Source: an uncultured Oscillospiraceae bacterium (GTDB taxonomy: Bacteria > Bacillota > Clostridia > Christensenellales > CAG-138). From it: a DNA stretch of 64,000 nucleotides. This document shows, piece by piece, positions 27,535 to 36,077 of this stretch. Position 1 is the stretch's first letter; each line of letters begins with the position of its first letter. The stretch spans positions 710 through 64,709 of the forward strand of contig CAZIQO010000002.1 in NCBI GenBank assembly GCA_964541465.1. Direction: 5' to 3'. Both the position numbers and the translations under genes were made by a program. Under the pieces are notes generated by a model. The model was not told the origin of the DNA. It did not search any database and saw only the letters and a program-made list of their open reading frames with translations.

Positions 27535-28323
27535 TCAGTACGGCGTATTGCCGCCGTCGATGCTGATCGCCTGCCCGCGGATGATAACCGCCGCGTCGCT
27601 GACGAGAAACGCCACGACCCTGCCGACCTCGTACGGCTGCACCAGCCGTCCCAGCTGCGGCGGCCCCCAGGTCTTGCGGCAGTCTGCCACGGTGACCTTG
27701 CCGCCGGTGGCCTTTTCGGTATCGAGCATGCAGTTGCGGAGCATGTCCGTATCGACCGCGCCGGGGCACACCGCGTTGACGTTGATCCCGTTTTTCGCCC
27801 ACTCCTTGGCCATGCTCTGAGTCAGATTCGCCACAGCCGCCTTGGACGCGTTGTAATCCGCCATGCCCTCGAAGCAGACCTTCGCGGCGTTGGAGGAGAT
27901 ATTCAGAATGTTGCCCGGCTTCCCTTTTGCAATCAGTCGCTTTACAAATGCGCGGCTCATGTTAAACAGGCCGCTCACGTTGACCGCAAAGGTTAAGTCA
28001 AACGTTTTCTGCGGAATCTCCATGATCGGACGCCCCAGGCACACGCCGGCGTTGTTGACCAAAATGTCAACCGTCTGATACGCGCGTTCCGCCGCGTCCA
28101 GGGCGCTCTCAATCGAACCGGTATCGGTCAGGTCCAGTTTGGTCTGCAAAACGGTGCCGTATGCGGAAAGTTCCTTTTTCGCCGCCTCGAGCCTTGCGTC
28201 GTCCAGATCGCCCAGAACGACCTTCGCGCCCTCCTCGAGCAGCGCCCGCGCAATCCCGCGGCCCATTGCGCTCGCTCCGCCCGTTACGAACGCCACACGG
28301 TTTTGCAAAGTATTCGCCGCCAT
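27535..28323 (-). CDS. short-chain dehydrogenase/reductase (SDR)
   Basis: VAFVTGGASAMGRGIA cofactor motif, NNAG, and a Y...K active-site region (DYNASKAA). ATG 28323 is preceded by GGAGGGAA. The track ORF up to 28533 is an extension. Confidence 0.88.
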   Translation of the reverse strand: MAANTLQNRVAFVTGGASAMGRGIARALLEEGAKVVLGDLDDARLEAAKKELSAYGTVLQTKLDLTDTGSIESALDAAERAYQTVDILVNNAGVCLGRPIMEIPQKTFDLTFAVNVSGLFNMSRAFVKRLIAKGKPGNILNISSNAAKVCFEGMADYNASKAAVANLTQSMAKEWAKNGINVNAVCPGAVDTDMLRNCMLDTEKATGGKVTVADCRKTWGPPQLGRLVQPYEVGRVVAFLVSDAAVIIRGQAISIDGGNTPY

Positions 28324-28345
28324 ATCTTCATTCCCTCCGATCGGT

Positions 28346-29146
28346 TCAGTCGTTGTCGTATGCCGGCGCAAGCAGCACGCCGCCGTCCACCGTAATGGTC
28401 TGTCCGGTAACGAACCCGGCCAGCGGAGACCCGAGGAAGACGCACACATTGCCCATATCCTCGGGCGTTGCGATCCGGCCCAGAGGCGCGCGCGCAGAAT
28501 AGCTCTCGCGCCAGCCCGGCACGAACTCGTCAAGACGCGGCGCGTCGATCAGGCCCGGCGCGATGCAGTTGACGCGGATGCCGTACTTGCCGAACTCGTG
28601 CGCCAGACACTTGGTCAGCATTTCGATAGCCGCCTTGGAAACGCCGTAATGCACCAACGTATCGCTCGGGTTCGTCGCGTTGATCGAGGATACGTTCACG
28701 ATCGCGCCGCCCGTTTTCTGCTCCTTCATCACGCGCGCAACGCTCTGGCAAACGAAGAATACGCCGCGCGTATTGCTGTTCTGCATATCGTCCCAGTCCT
28801 GCTCGGTCATGCCGAACACCGTCTGGTGCGGATAGATGCCGGCGTTGTTCACCAGACAATCGATGGAGCCGAACCGTTTCGTGATCGCGGCGACCACCGC
28901 GTCGATCTCGGCGGTCTTGCGCTGATCCAGACAGAACGCGTCCGCATCGACGCCAAGCGCGCGGAATTCCTTCACCTTTTCCGCCGCCGCATCGCGGCTG
29001 GTGCGGTAGGTGATGCAGACGTTCGCCCCCGCCTGCGCAAAACGCTTCGCAATCCCCGCGCCCGCGCCCTGCGCCGCGCCGGTGATCACAACGGTCTTGC
29101 CGGTGTAATCGACCGCCTGGCAAACAAGATTCTTCTCCATAGCCAT
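28346..29146 (-). CDS. short-chain dehydrogenase/reductase (SDR)
   Basis: VVITGAAQGAGAGIA, NNAG and HYGVSKAA motifs. 266 aa. Confidence 0.88.
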   Translation of the reverse strand: MAMEKNLVCQAVDYTGKTVVITGAAQGAGAGIAKRFAQAGANVCITYRTSRDAAAEKVKEFRALGVDADAFCLDQRKTAEIDAVVAAITKRFGSIDCLVNNAGIYPHQTVFGMTEQDWDDMQNSNTRGVFFVCQSVARVMKEQKTGGAIVNVSSINATNPSDTLVHYGVSKAAIEMLTKCLAHEFGKYGIRVNCIAPGLIDAPRLDEFVPGWRESYSARAPLGRIATPEDMGNVCVFLGSPLAGFVTGQTITVDGGVLLAPAYDND

Positions 29147-29372
29147 TGTCCTTTCCTTTCGGCGGCACCATCATGCGTTCCACCAAACGCCTGCGCTCAC
29201 CGGATCTCCGTCTTTTTGATTATCATAATTCCCATTGCTTTGCTATATACGTTCTTCATAATCGCTGCATTTTGTTCTTTTTATCGTGTCTCGGTCGTCA
29301 TCCCGGCTAATATATGAACTAATTTATCTTATATATTTAGAATGCGGTGGCTTTTACGCCCCCGTATTGATC

Positions 29373-29401
29373 ATAATAGTCGTATTATGTTCATTTGTCA
29401 A
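29373..29401 (-). promoter_or_regulatory. sigma-A-type promoter of the SDR pair
   Basis: On the minus strand: TTGACA (29396..29401), 17-nt spacer, TATTAT (29373..29378). The spacer contains a TATGTTCAT box (29386..29394). Confidence 0.55.
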
Positions 29402-29404
29402 GGG

Positions 29405-29433
29405 TTGACACGGGCAAAAAATGCGTTCATAAT
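29405..29433 (+). promoter_or_regulatory. sigma-A-type promoter of the DeoR regulator/cupin genes
   Basis: TTGACA (29405..29410), 17-nt spacer, CATAAT (29428..29433). Followed by the palindrome TATGATCATA. Confidence 0.55.
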
Positions 29434-29481
29434 GGGTTATATGATCATACTATTCATATAATTTGCAAAGCGGATGGTATT

Positions 29482-30273
29482 ATGGGGAAGAATTCCAGGG
29501 GGAGCATCGACCAGCGCCGCAAAGAGATCATTTGCTATATGGCGGCTCACTCCAATATTACAATCGACGAACTCGCCGAGCGCATCAGCGCGTCGAGCGT
29601 TACGATTCGCCGCGATATCAACCAGCTGATATCGGAAAAAATGGTGGCCCGCAGCGGCGCGGGACGGTTTTCCCTGCTGCACGACCCAGCGTTTGACGAC
29701 CGGTACTTTCGGCGGTACTCCGCGCACCACGCGGAAAAGGTGCTTATCGCGCACACGGCGATCGATCTCGTCCCGGAGGGCAAGGTAATCGGTATCGATT
29801 CGAGCTCCACGTGTCTGGAGTTCGGCAAGCTGCTGACGAAGAAAAACGACATCACGGTGGTTACGAACAATCTTTTCGTGCCCCACTACCTGATGTCGCA
29901 TAAGAGTCTTCACATGCACTGCATCGGCGGCTGGGTGCATCTGAGCAGCAATTCCACCGAGGGACCCGCCGCGTGCAAGGAGATCTCGGGGTTCAATTAC
30001 GACGTCGTCTTTTTCTCCGCCAGCGGGCTCGACTACGTCAGCGGGCTGAGCAATTTTGAGATGGAGGGCATCGACACCAAGCTCGCCTTCCTTCACAACG
30101 CCGCAAAGAACATCCTGCTGATCGACAGTTCGAAGTTCGGACAGAAATCCTCCCGGAATTTCCTTCCGCTTTCGGAGGTCGATATGATCGTCACGGACGA
30201 CGGCATCACCCCGGAAAACCTGACCGCGCTGAATCGGACCGGAATACCGTATCTGCTCGCCAAAAAATTCTGA
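29482..30273 (+). CDS. DeoR-family transcriptional regulator
   Basis: N-terminal HTH ITIDELAERISASSVTIRRDINQL plus a DeoR C-terminal sugar-phosphate sensor domain. Start set at ATG 29482 (MGKNSRGS...). Confidence 0.88.
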   Translation: MGKNSRGSIDQRRKEIICYMAAHSNITIDELAERISASSVTIRRDINQLISEKMVARSGAGRFSLLHDPAFDDRYFRRYSAHHAEKVLIAHTAIDLVPEGKVIGIDSSSTCLEFGKLLTKKNDITVVTNNLFVPHYLMSHKSLHMHCIGGWVHLSSNSTEGPAACKEISGFNYDVVFFSASGLDYVSGLSNFEMEGIDTKLAFLHNAAKNILLIDSSKFGQKSSRNFLPLSEVDMIVTDDGITPENLTALNRTGIPYLLAKKF

Positions 30274-30289
30274 AAGCCGGGGCTGAATC

Positions 30290-30811
30290 ATGAAAAGACT
30301 CCCTTCCGCGCGCCAGCTCATTGAACATTATCATATGACGCCGCTGCCGAACGAGGGCGGCGTCCGTTACGAATCCTATTTCAGCGACGAAATGCTCCCG
30401 ATCGAGGCGATACCGGGCCGCGGCGGCGACCGGCCGATCGGCTCCGCAATCGTCTATCTGCTGACCAGGGACACGTTTTCCCGCATGCACCGCCTCAAGT
30501 CGGATGAAATCTACCATTTCTACTTCGGCGCCGCGCTGGAAATGCTGCAGCTCTTCCCCGACGGTACCGGGAAGATCGTCCGCATCGGGTCCGACATCCT
30601 GCACGGCGAGGAGCCGCAGGTCATGGTTCCGCGCGGCGTGTGGCAGGGGTCCCGCCTGGTCGGCAAAGGGGACTACGCGTTCCTCGGCAACACGATGGCG
30701 CCTTCGTTCGACCCCGCCGATTATGAGGACGGCGACCTTGAGACGCTTTCCGCCGCGTATCCGCAGTTTCGCGAACTGCTCTCGATCCTCTGCCGTCCGC
30801 CCAAATACTGA
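30290..30811 (+). CDS. cupin-fold protein (DUF985-like)
   Basis: 173 aa with the pattern L.PHPEGG-like (LPNEGGVRYESY), ...SAIVYLL... and H.LKSDEIYHFY, typical of the DUF985 cupin family. Confidence 0.75.
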   Translation: MKRLPSARQLIEHYHMTPLPNEGGVRYESYFSDEMLPIEAIPGRGGDRPIGSAIVYLLTRDTFSRMHRLKSDEIYHFYFGAALEMLQLFPDGTGKIVRIGSDILHGEEPQVMVPRGVWQGSRLVGKGDYAFLGNTMAPSFDPADYEDGDLETLSAAYPQFRELLSILCRPPKY

Positions 30812-30830
30812 TCCTGCGTTTGCATCCGCC

Positions 30831-30858
30831 GCGCCGCCGGTTCTTCAGCCGGCGGCGC
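30831..30858. repeat. 28-nt GC hairpin, left copy (flanks repeat A copy 2)
   Basis: gcgccgccgg-ttcttcag-ccggcggcgc. 26/28 identical to 31053..31080, and the differences are confined to the loop. Confidence 0.8.
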
Positions 30859-30880
30859 TCAGTCTGCCAAAATTTTTTTT

Positions 30881-31048
30881 ACAGGAGTTTTACCCCTGCA
30901 CCCCACCCAAGGGACACGTCCCTTGGGAATTCCTGTACCCCGCAAACGCCCTGTTCCAGGGCGTTTGCGGAAATGGGTTCTCAGGGCCATTACGGCCCTG
31001 CGCGGTAGGTTGGAGGCGGAGCCTCCAGCGCCCCTCTTTATCGACAAG
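30881..31048. repeat. hairpin-rich intergenic repeat, family A, copy 2
   Basis: Aligns with 2708..2873. The central hairpin here is a perfect 14-bp stem (ccgcaaacgccctg-ttc-cagggcgtttgcgg), whereas copy 1 keeps only the outer 6 bp with one compensatory G:C to A:T change. Confidence 0.85.
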
Positions 31049-31052
31049 CTGC

Positions 31053-31080
31053 GCGCCGCCGGTCTTTCAGCCGGCGGCGC
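31053..31080. repeat. 28-nt GC hairpin, right copy
   Basis: gcgccgccgg-tctttcag-ccggcggcgc, immediately 3' of repeat A copy 2. Confidence 0.8.
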
Positions 31081-31147
31081 TTTGCAAATCCGAATCCTTT
31101 GCGCCGCGCACAGAAGCATTGCGGCGGGTGTCCGCCTTTTTTTACGT

Positions 31148-32029
31148 TCAGCGCACGGCTTCCGACCGGGCGCCGGTGTTCGCCGCCCGGTCCAGCAAGG
31201 CGGCAAAACGGCTCCCGGTCGCTTCGACGTTTTGCCTCCAGCCGTCGTCCCTGCACCACAGCTCCGCGGTGAACATCCGTACACCCAACTCGTATGCGGT
31301 GCGTATCGCCGCCGAAAAATCCACATGCCCTTCCCCCGCGACCAGATCGCGGTAGATTCCCGGCGCGCTTTCTTTGAGGTGCACGGCGGCGATATGCCCG
31401 CGCCCGCAGAGCAGGTCCGCGCGCACGGCGGCCGCGTCGCCATGCGCGGCGTTCGTCAGGTTCCCCACATCGGGATATACCTGAAGAAACGGCGAATCCA
31501 TCGCCTCAACATACCGCATGGCCTTCTGCACCGTATCCAGAAACGGCGTCTCCATCGTCTCGAACGCCAGTATGACGCCGGCGCGCGCTGCAATCTCCAC
31601 GCAGCGGCGCAGATTTTCGGAAAAGAGCGCGCGCGTGCGCTCCGTGGACGGCTCATAGTACGTATCGTAGCCCGCGAGCTGGATGATGCGTATGCCGAGG
31701 TCCGCCGCCAGGTGAACCGCCTTTTGCAGGATGTCCATCCCCCGCGCGCGCACCGTATCGTCTTCCGAGCCGATCGGGTATTTCCGGTGTCCGCTCAGGC
31801 ACATCGTCGAGATCGGCACGCCGCTAGCAAACATTTCCTCCGCCAGCGCGCGGCGCTCCGCGGCCGTCCACTCGAGCCGGGCAAGCCGTTCCTCCGTTTC
31901 GTCCACGCTGAGCTCAAGCCAGTTGAACCCGCATTCGGCGGCGCATACCAGCTTCCGCGGAAGCGTCATTCCGGCGGGCAGCGCCTTTTCATAAAGCCCG
32001 AGCCTGTACTCCTTTTCGTACCCGTTCAC
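31148..32029 (-). CDS. sugar-phosphate 3-epimerase of the UlaE/SgbU (L-xylulose-5-P / L-ribulose-5-P 3-epimerase) xylose-isomerase-like TIM family
   Basis: 293 aa. LGLYEKALP start, ...ELSVDE..., IIQLAGYD and FETMETPF patterns match the UlaE/SgbU family. GTG start directly abuts the kinase stop. Confidence 0.8.
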   Translation of the reverse strand: MNGYEKEYRLGLYEKALPAGMTLPRKLVCAAECGFNWLELSVDETEERLARLEWTAAERRALAEEMFASGVPISTMCLSGHRKYPIGSEDDTVRARGMDILQKAVHLAADLGIRIIQLAGYDTYYEPSTERTRALFSENLRRCVEIAARAGVILAFETMETPFLDTVQKAMRYVEAMDSPFLQVYPDVGNLTNAAHGDAAAVRADLLCGRGHIAAVHLKESAPGIYRDLVAGEGHVDFSAAIRTAYELGVRMFTAELWCRDDGWRQNVEATGSRFAALLDRAANTGARSEAVR

Positions 32030-33550
32030 TTAAAACGCCTTTCCTTCGTCCCATACGCAGCCGAGCGCGCCGACGACTTTTTGATAGAGCGCGTATTTTT
32101 GGTCGTACGCCGCGGCGTTTTCCTCGTTCGACCGCACGGCGCGCGAGAGCTTCGTCATGTGCGCGGCCGCGTCCGCAAGATCCGCATATTCGCCCGCCGC
32201 GACCGCCGCCGCCATCGCGCAGCCGAGCGTTCCCGTTTCCCGCGCCTGCACCGTTTCGACGGGCAGCCGCATCACGTCGGCGAACATCTGCGTCCAGACC
32301 GCCGAACGCGCCGCGCCGCCCGCGAGGCGGATGCCCTCCGGCGGCGTTTCGCGCGTTTTCAGCAGGCGCTCCAGATGCTGCCGGTGCGAAAACGCGACTC
32401 CTTCGTAGACGCTTCGCGTCAGATGCGCGCGCGTATGGTAACCGCTCAGTCCGATGAATCCGCCCGTCGCGTTCGGATGCTCGTTGCTCCCGAACAGAAA
32501 CGGCAGGAAGACCGGGCAGGACTCCGACGCTGGCAAGCCTTCGACCCACGCGTTTTCCCGTTCGTAAACGCTTGTTCCGCTTTGTCCGCACGCTTCGGCC
32601 AGTTCCGGCAGGAGCGTGTGCACATACCACTCGTTATTGCCCGCCGAGGTCGGGCTGCATTCCTCCACAAGGTAGCGGCCCGGGATGCAGAAGAGCGAGT
32701 TCATCAGCGCGCTTCCGTCCAGAACGGGGGTTTCCCGGACGTATTCGTTGATGCTCCAGGTGCCGGCGATCATGCAGACGTGCGTGTCGTCGGTACAGCC
32801 GACCGCGAGCGCGCACGCGTCGATGTCGAACATGCCGCCCGCCACCGGCGTTCCTTCCAGCAGCCCCGTCTGCGCGGCCGCCCCGCGGCTCACCTGCCCG
32901 CAGATCTCGGTCGTACCGCACAGCGGCGGGAGCGCGCCCCGCATCCGTTCCAGACCGAAGAGCCGCAAGAGTTCCTCGTCGTATTCGGCGGTATGGAGGT
33001 TCAGAAGGTTCGCGCCGGAATAGTCCGTCCGTTCCGCGCGCGCGGCGCCGGTCAGCCGGAAGCGGATATAGTCCTTGCACTCGAACACCCATTGCGTCCG
33101 CTCGAGCGCGTCCGGCTCGTTGTCGGCCAGCCACCGCAGCAGCGCCACGGGCTGGCAGGCGAGCACATGCTGGCAGGAGCGCCGGAACGCCTCGCGCTCC
33201 GTGCCGTCCGCCTTCCATCTTTCCGCATACGCCCAGGCGCGGCCGTCCGTGGAGCAGATGCCGTTCCGCACGGGCTTTCCGGATTTACCCCAGAGGTAGA
33301 GCCCCTTGCCGTGCCCGCAGACCGCGGCTGCCGCGATGTCCGCCGACCTGACGCCGGACGCCTCCAGCACGCTGCGGATCACGCGGCAGTTCGATTGCCA
33401 CATCTCCTCCATGTCGCGCTCTGCAAATCCGGGGCGCGGCGCGATGATAGCCGTCTCCGCCGACCGGGTGCACGCCTCGCGTCCGCCGGAATCGTAGAGC
33501 GACGCCTTCGTGCTGGTTCCTCCGTTGTCGAGTCCCAGATAATACCGCAT
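32030..33550 (-). CDS. FGGY-family carbohydrate kinase, LyxK (L-xylulose/3-keto-L-gulonate kinase)-like
   Basis: 506 aa. LGLDNGGTSTKA, PGFAERDMEEMWQ, LLRWL..NEP and ALPPLCGTTEICG blocks parallel my recollection of E. coli LyxK. Confidence 0.8.
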   Translation of the reverse strand: MRYYLGLDNGGTSTKASLYDSGGREACTRSAETAIIAPRPGFAERDMEEMWQSNCRVIRSVLEASGVRSADIAAAAVCGHGKGLYLWGKSGKPVRNGICSTDGRAWAYAERWKADGTEREAFRRSCQHVLACQPVALLRWLADNEPDALERTQWVFECKDYIRFRLTGAARAERTDYSGANLLNLHTAEYDEELLRLFGLERMRGALPPLCGTTEICGQVSRGAAAQTGLLEGTPVAGGMFDIDACALAVGCTDDTHVCMIAGTWSINEYVRETPVLDGSALMNSLFCIPGRYLVEECSPTSAGNNEWYVHTLLPELAEACGQSGTSVYERENAWVEGLPASESCPVFLPFLFGSNEHPNATGGFIGLSGYHTRAHLTRSVYEGVAFSHRQHLERLLKTRETPPEGIRLAGGAARSAVWTQMFADVMRLPVETVQARETGTLGCAMAAAVAAGEYADLADAAAHMTKLSRAVRSNEENAAAYDQKYALYQKVVGALGCVWDEGKAF

Positions 33551-33570
33551 AGGTCCTCCTCGCTTTGCCG

Positions 33571-34515
33571 TTACAATCCGCGCAGCAGCTCGAAGAGATG
33601 CGCCTTATACGCCGCCGCGTCCACCGTCGAGCAGATCTCCACCTTCGTGCCGGTCTCCGGGTGCATATTGGACTTGTCGATCCCGAAGTATCCGTAGCTG
33701 GTTTCGCCTTTCGTTTCGATGGTGCAGTTGGCGCGGTACACGTCCTTCTGCACCTCCGGCCAGAGCGCGGCGATCATGATGATGGAGTCGATGATGCCGA
33801 CCGCGTCCCTGCCCCACTTTTTGCGGTCGTACGCCCGCACGCTCTGCGTACAGCGCACCGCAAACTGCGAAAGCGGCGTGCCGGCGCTCTCGATATAGTC
33901 GAAATCCGCGCTCGAAAGCGGCGTTTCGCCGCGGCAGACGTCCCAGGTGACCCACGTCATGTTCATGCCGGATTTCAGCACGACGTCCGCCGCCTCCGCG
34001 TCCACATAGATATTGAACTCGCCCGCAGGCGTCGCGTTTCCCTGATCGAACCCCGTGCCGCCCATGATATACGCCTTCTTCACGTTTTCGGCGATGCGCG
34101 GCTCCTTGAGGTACGCCATGGCAAGGTTCGTCAGCGGACCCAGCGTGACGATTTCGATTTCGCCGGGGTTCGCCATCACAAGATCGATGATGGCGTCCAT
34201 CGCGTGCTTGCCGCCGGGCTTCGTTTCCGGCCACGGCAGGTTCATATTGCTCAGGCCGTCCCTGCCGTGCACCTCGCCCGCGCCATACGGGCGTTCGTGC
34301 AGGAGCGCGCGCGCCATGCCGCGGTAGACGGGCGGCCGGTATGTTCCGGCCCGCTCCACGGCGATGAGCGCGTTCTTCACGCAGTAATCGAGCTTCACGT
34401 TGCCCATCACGACCGTAATCGCTTCCACCTCCACCCGGTCCGTCGCGCGCAGCGCGCACAGCAGCGCCCATACGTCGTCGTTGCCCGTATCCGTATCGAT
34501 GAGAAATCTGCGCAT
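33571..34515 (-). CDS. nucleoside hydrolase (IUNH family)
   Basis: N-terminal fingerprint IDTDTGNDDVWAL. 314 aa, with typical length and fold signature. Confidence 0.88.
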   Translation of the reverse strand: MRRFLIDTDTGNDDVWALLCALRATDRVEVEAITVVMGNVKLDYCVKNALIAVERAGTYRPPVYRGMARALLHERPYGAGEVHGRDGLSNMNLPWPETKPGGKHAMDAIIDLVMANPGEIEIVTLGPLTNLAMAYLKEPRIAENVKKAYIMGGTGFDQGNATPAGEFNIYVDAEAADVVLKSGMNMTWVTWDVCRGETPLSSADFDYIESAGTPLSQFAVRCTQSVRAYDRKKWGRDAVGIIDSIIMIAALWPEVQKDVYRANCTIETKGETSYGYFGIDKSNMHPETGTKVEICSTVDAAAYKAHLFELLRGL

Positions 34516-34530
34516 ATGCTTCCTTTCTGT

Positions 34531-35790
34531 TTACCGCTGCGGCATGACGCGCCGCTCGTAATCCCTGACCGCCCCGAGCCAGTCCAGCCCCACCGGAATG
34601 TTCTGTTTCAGGCACGCGTAGTCCCAAACCGCTTCGTACGGCAGAAACTTGTTCTCCTCGAGCCGGACGAGCCGCGCGGTCAGATCGCCCGCCCGCTCCG
34701 CCTTGGCGATTTCGCCGTAAGGCTCGAGGCAGGCCTTGAGCAGCGCCCGGCGCGTGTTGCGCATGGCGATCCCCCAGCAGGCGACGCGGTTCATCGAGGC
34801 GTCGAAATAATCCTGCGCCACGAACACGCGCTCGTCGTATCCGTTGACGATGATCTCGCGGCACACGTTCTGCAGCGCGTCGTCCCAGAGCACGACGTGG
34901 TCGGAATCCCACCGTACGCCGCGGCTCGTGTGCAGCAGCACATGATCGAGGTACTGGAGCACGGCGCTGAGCTTGTCGCCGATATCCTCCGTCGGGTGAA
35001 AATGCCCCATGTCGATGCAGTAGGTCTTTCTGCGCGTGATCGCGTAGCCGAGCGAAAACTCGTGGCTCGCGACCGTGTAGCTCTCGATGCCGAAACCGAA
35101 GAGCTTGCTTTCGAGCGCGTCGATCTCGAGCGTCTCCGGCATTTGTTCCGCAAAGATCGCGTCGAGCGACTCCGCCATGCGGTTTCGGTACCGCGCGCGC
35201 TCCGCCGGAACGTCCTTGAACCCGTCCGGCATCCAGAAGTTCACCACGCACGGAACCCCCAGCAGTTCGCCGAACGCGCGCCCGATCTCGCGGCAGTGCT
35301 TGCCGTGCTCGATCCAGAACGCGCGCACGCCCGAATCCTCGCTTGCGAGCGTGAAATTGCCGTCCATCCTGGCATGCGAAAAGAACGTGGGGTTAAAGTC
35401 GAGCCCAAGAGAACGCGCCTTCGCCCAGTCCGCCCAGTCCCGGAATTCCTCGATCGTGTATGCGTCGCGGTCGATCGTTTTTCCATGCTTTTCCGCGTAG
35501 GACGCATGCAGGTTCAGCTTCGTTCTGCCCGGAACCAGGCCGAGCGCGAACGCGATGTCCGCGCGAAGCTCGTCCGGCGTGCGCGGGCAGCCCGGATAGC
35601 TGCCGGTCACGGCGATGCCGCCCGTGAGTCCGCCGCCGTTTTCAAACCCGTGAAAATCGTCGCCCTGCCAGCAGTGCATGGAGATCGGTATCCGCTCCGC
35701 GCGCTCGATCGCCGCCTTGACGTCCACGCCCAGCCCGCCGTAGATCTCCTCGGCGCGTCGAAACCCCTGCAGTATCTCAGATTCCGTCAT
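34531..35790 (-). CDS. rhaA: L-rhamnose-isomerase-type aldose-ketose isomerase
   Basis: 419 aa, collinear with E. coli RhaA as I recall it: PISMHCWQGDD..GFEN, LNLHA.Y, LGLDFNPT.FSH, FHPTE and RWDSDHVV blocks. Confidence 0.88.
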   Translation of the reverse strand: MTESEILQGFRRAEEIYGGLGVDVKAAIERAERIPISMHCWQGDDFHGFENGGGLTGGIAVTGSYPGCPRTPDELRADIAFALGLVPGRTKLNLHASYAEKHGKTIDRDAYTIEEFRDWADWAKARSLGLDFNPTFFSHARMDGNFTLASEDSGVRAFWIEHGKHCREIGRAFGELLGVPCVVNFWMPDGFKDVPAERARYRNRMAESLDAIFAEQMPETLEIDALESKLFGFGIESYTVASHEFSLGYAITRRKTYCIDMGHFHPTEDIGDKLSAVLQYLDHVLLHTSRGVRWDSDHVVLWDDALQNVCREIIVNGYDERVFVAQDYFDASMNRVACWGIAMRNTRRALLKACLEPYGEIAKAERAGDLTARLVRLEENKFLPYEAVWDYACLKQNIPVGLDWLGAVRDYERRVMPQR

Positions 35791-35878
35791 ATTCGTCCCG
35801 CTTTCCTTTTTTTCTGCCGCTTTGTGTTGCCGATGAAATAGAAGCTCCGGATCGTTTTTGTTTGCCTGTTACAGTTCG

Positions 35879-35907
35879 ATTCTATTCGGAATTTTTCTGT
35901 GCGTCAA
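35879..35907 (-). promoter_or_regulatory. sigma-A-type promoter of the rhaA-like operon
   Basis: On the minus strand: TTGACG (35902..35907), 17-nt spacer, TAGAAT (35879..35884). Confidence 0.55.
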
Positions 35908-35918
35908 CATCCGCATGC

Positions 35919-35936
35919 AAGAATCGTAAAATTCTT
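35919..35936. promoter_or_regulatory. inverted repeat AAGAAT-cgtaaa-ATTCTT between divergent promoters (candidate LacI-type operator)
   Basis: 6-bp arms. Position lies between the rhaA-operon and lacI-type promoters. Confidence 0.3.
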
Positions 35937-35989
35937 TTACTTTTTTTGAGCGATATTTCGATTTAATTTCAATTCTATCTCCCAACGGC

Positions 35990-36018
35990 TTGCACCTGAC
36001 GCGGCATTGCGGTATGAT
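35990..36018 (+). promoter_or_regulatory. sigma-A-type promoter of the LacI-family regulator
   Basis: TTGCAC (35990..35995), 17-nt spacer, TATGAT (36013..36018). Confidence 0.5.
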
Positions 36019-36077
36019 GTAACCATATTTTCCCCATGAATAACAGAGCGATTTCAGTTCGGAACTGCGGAGAAGGC

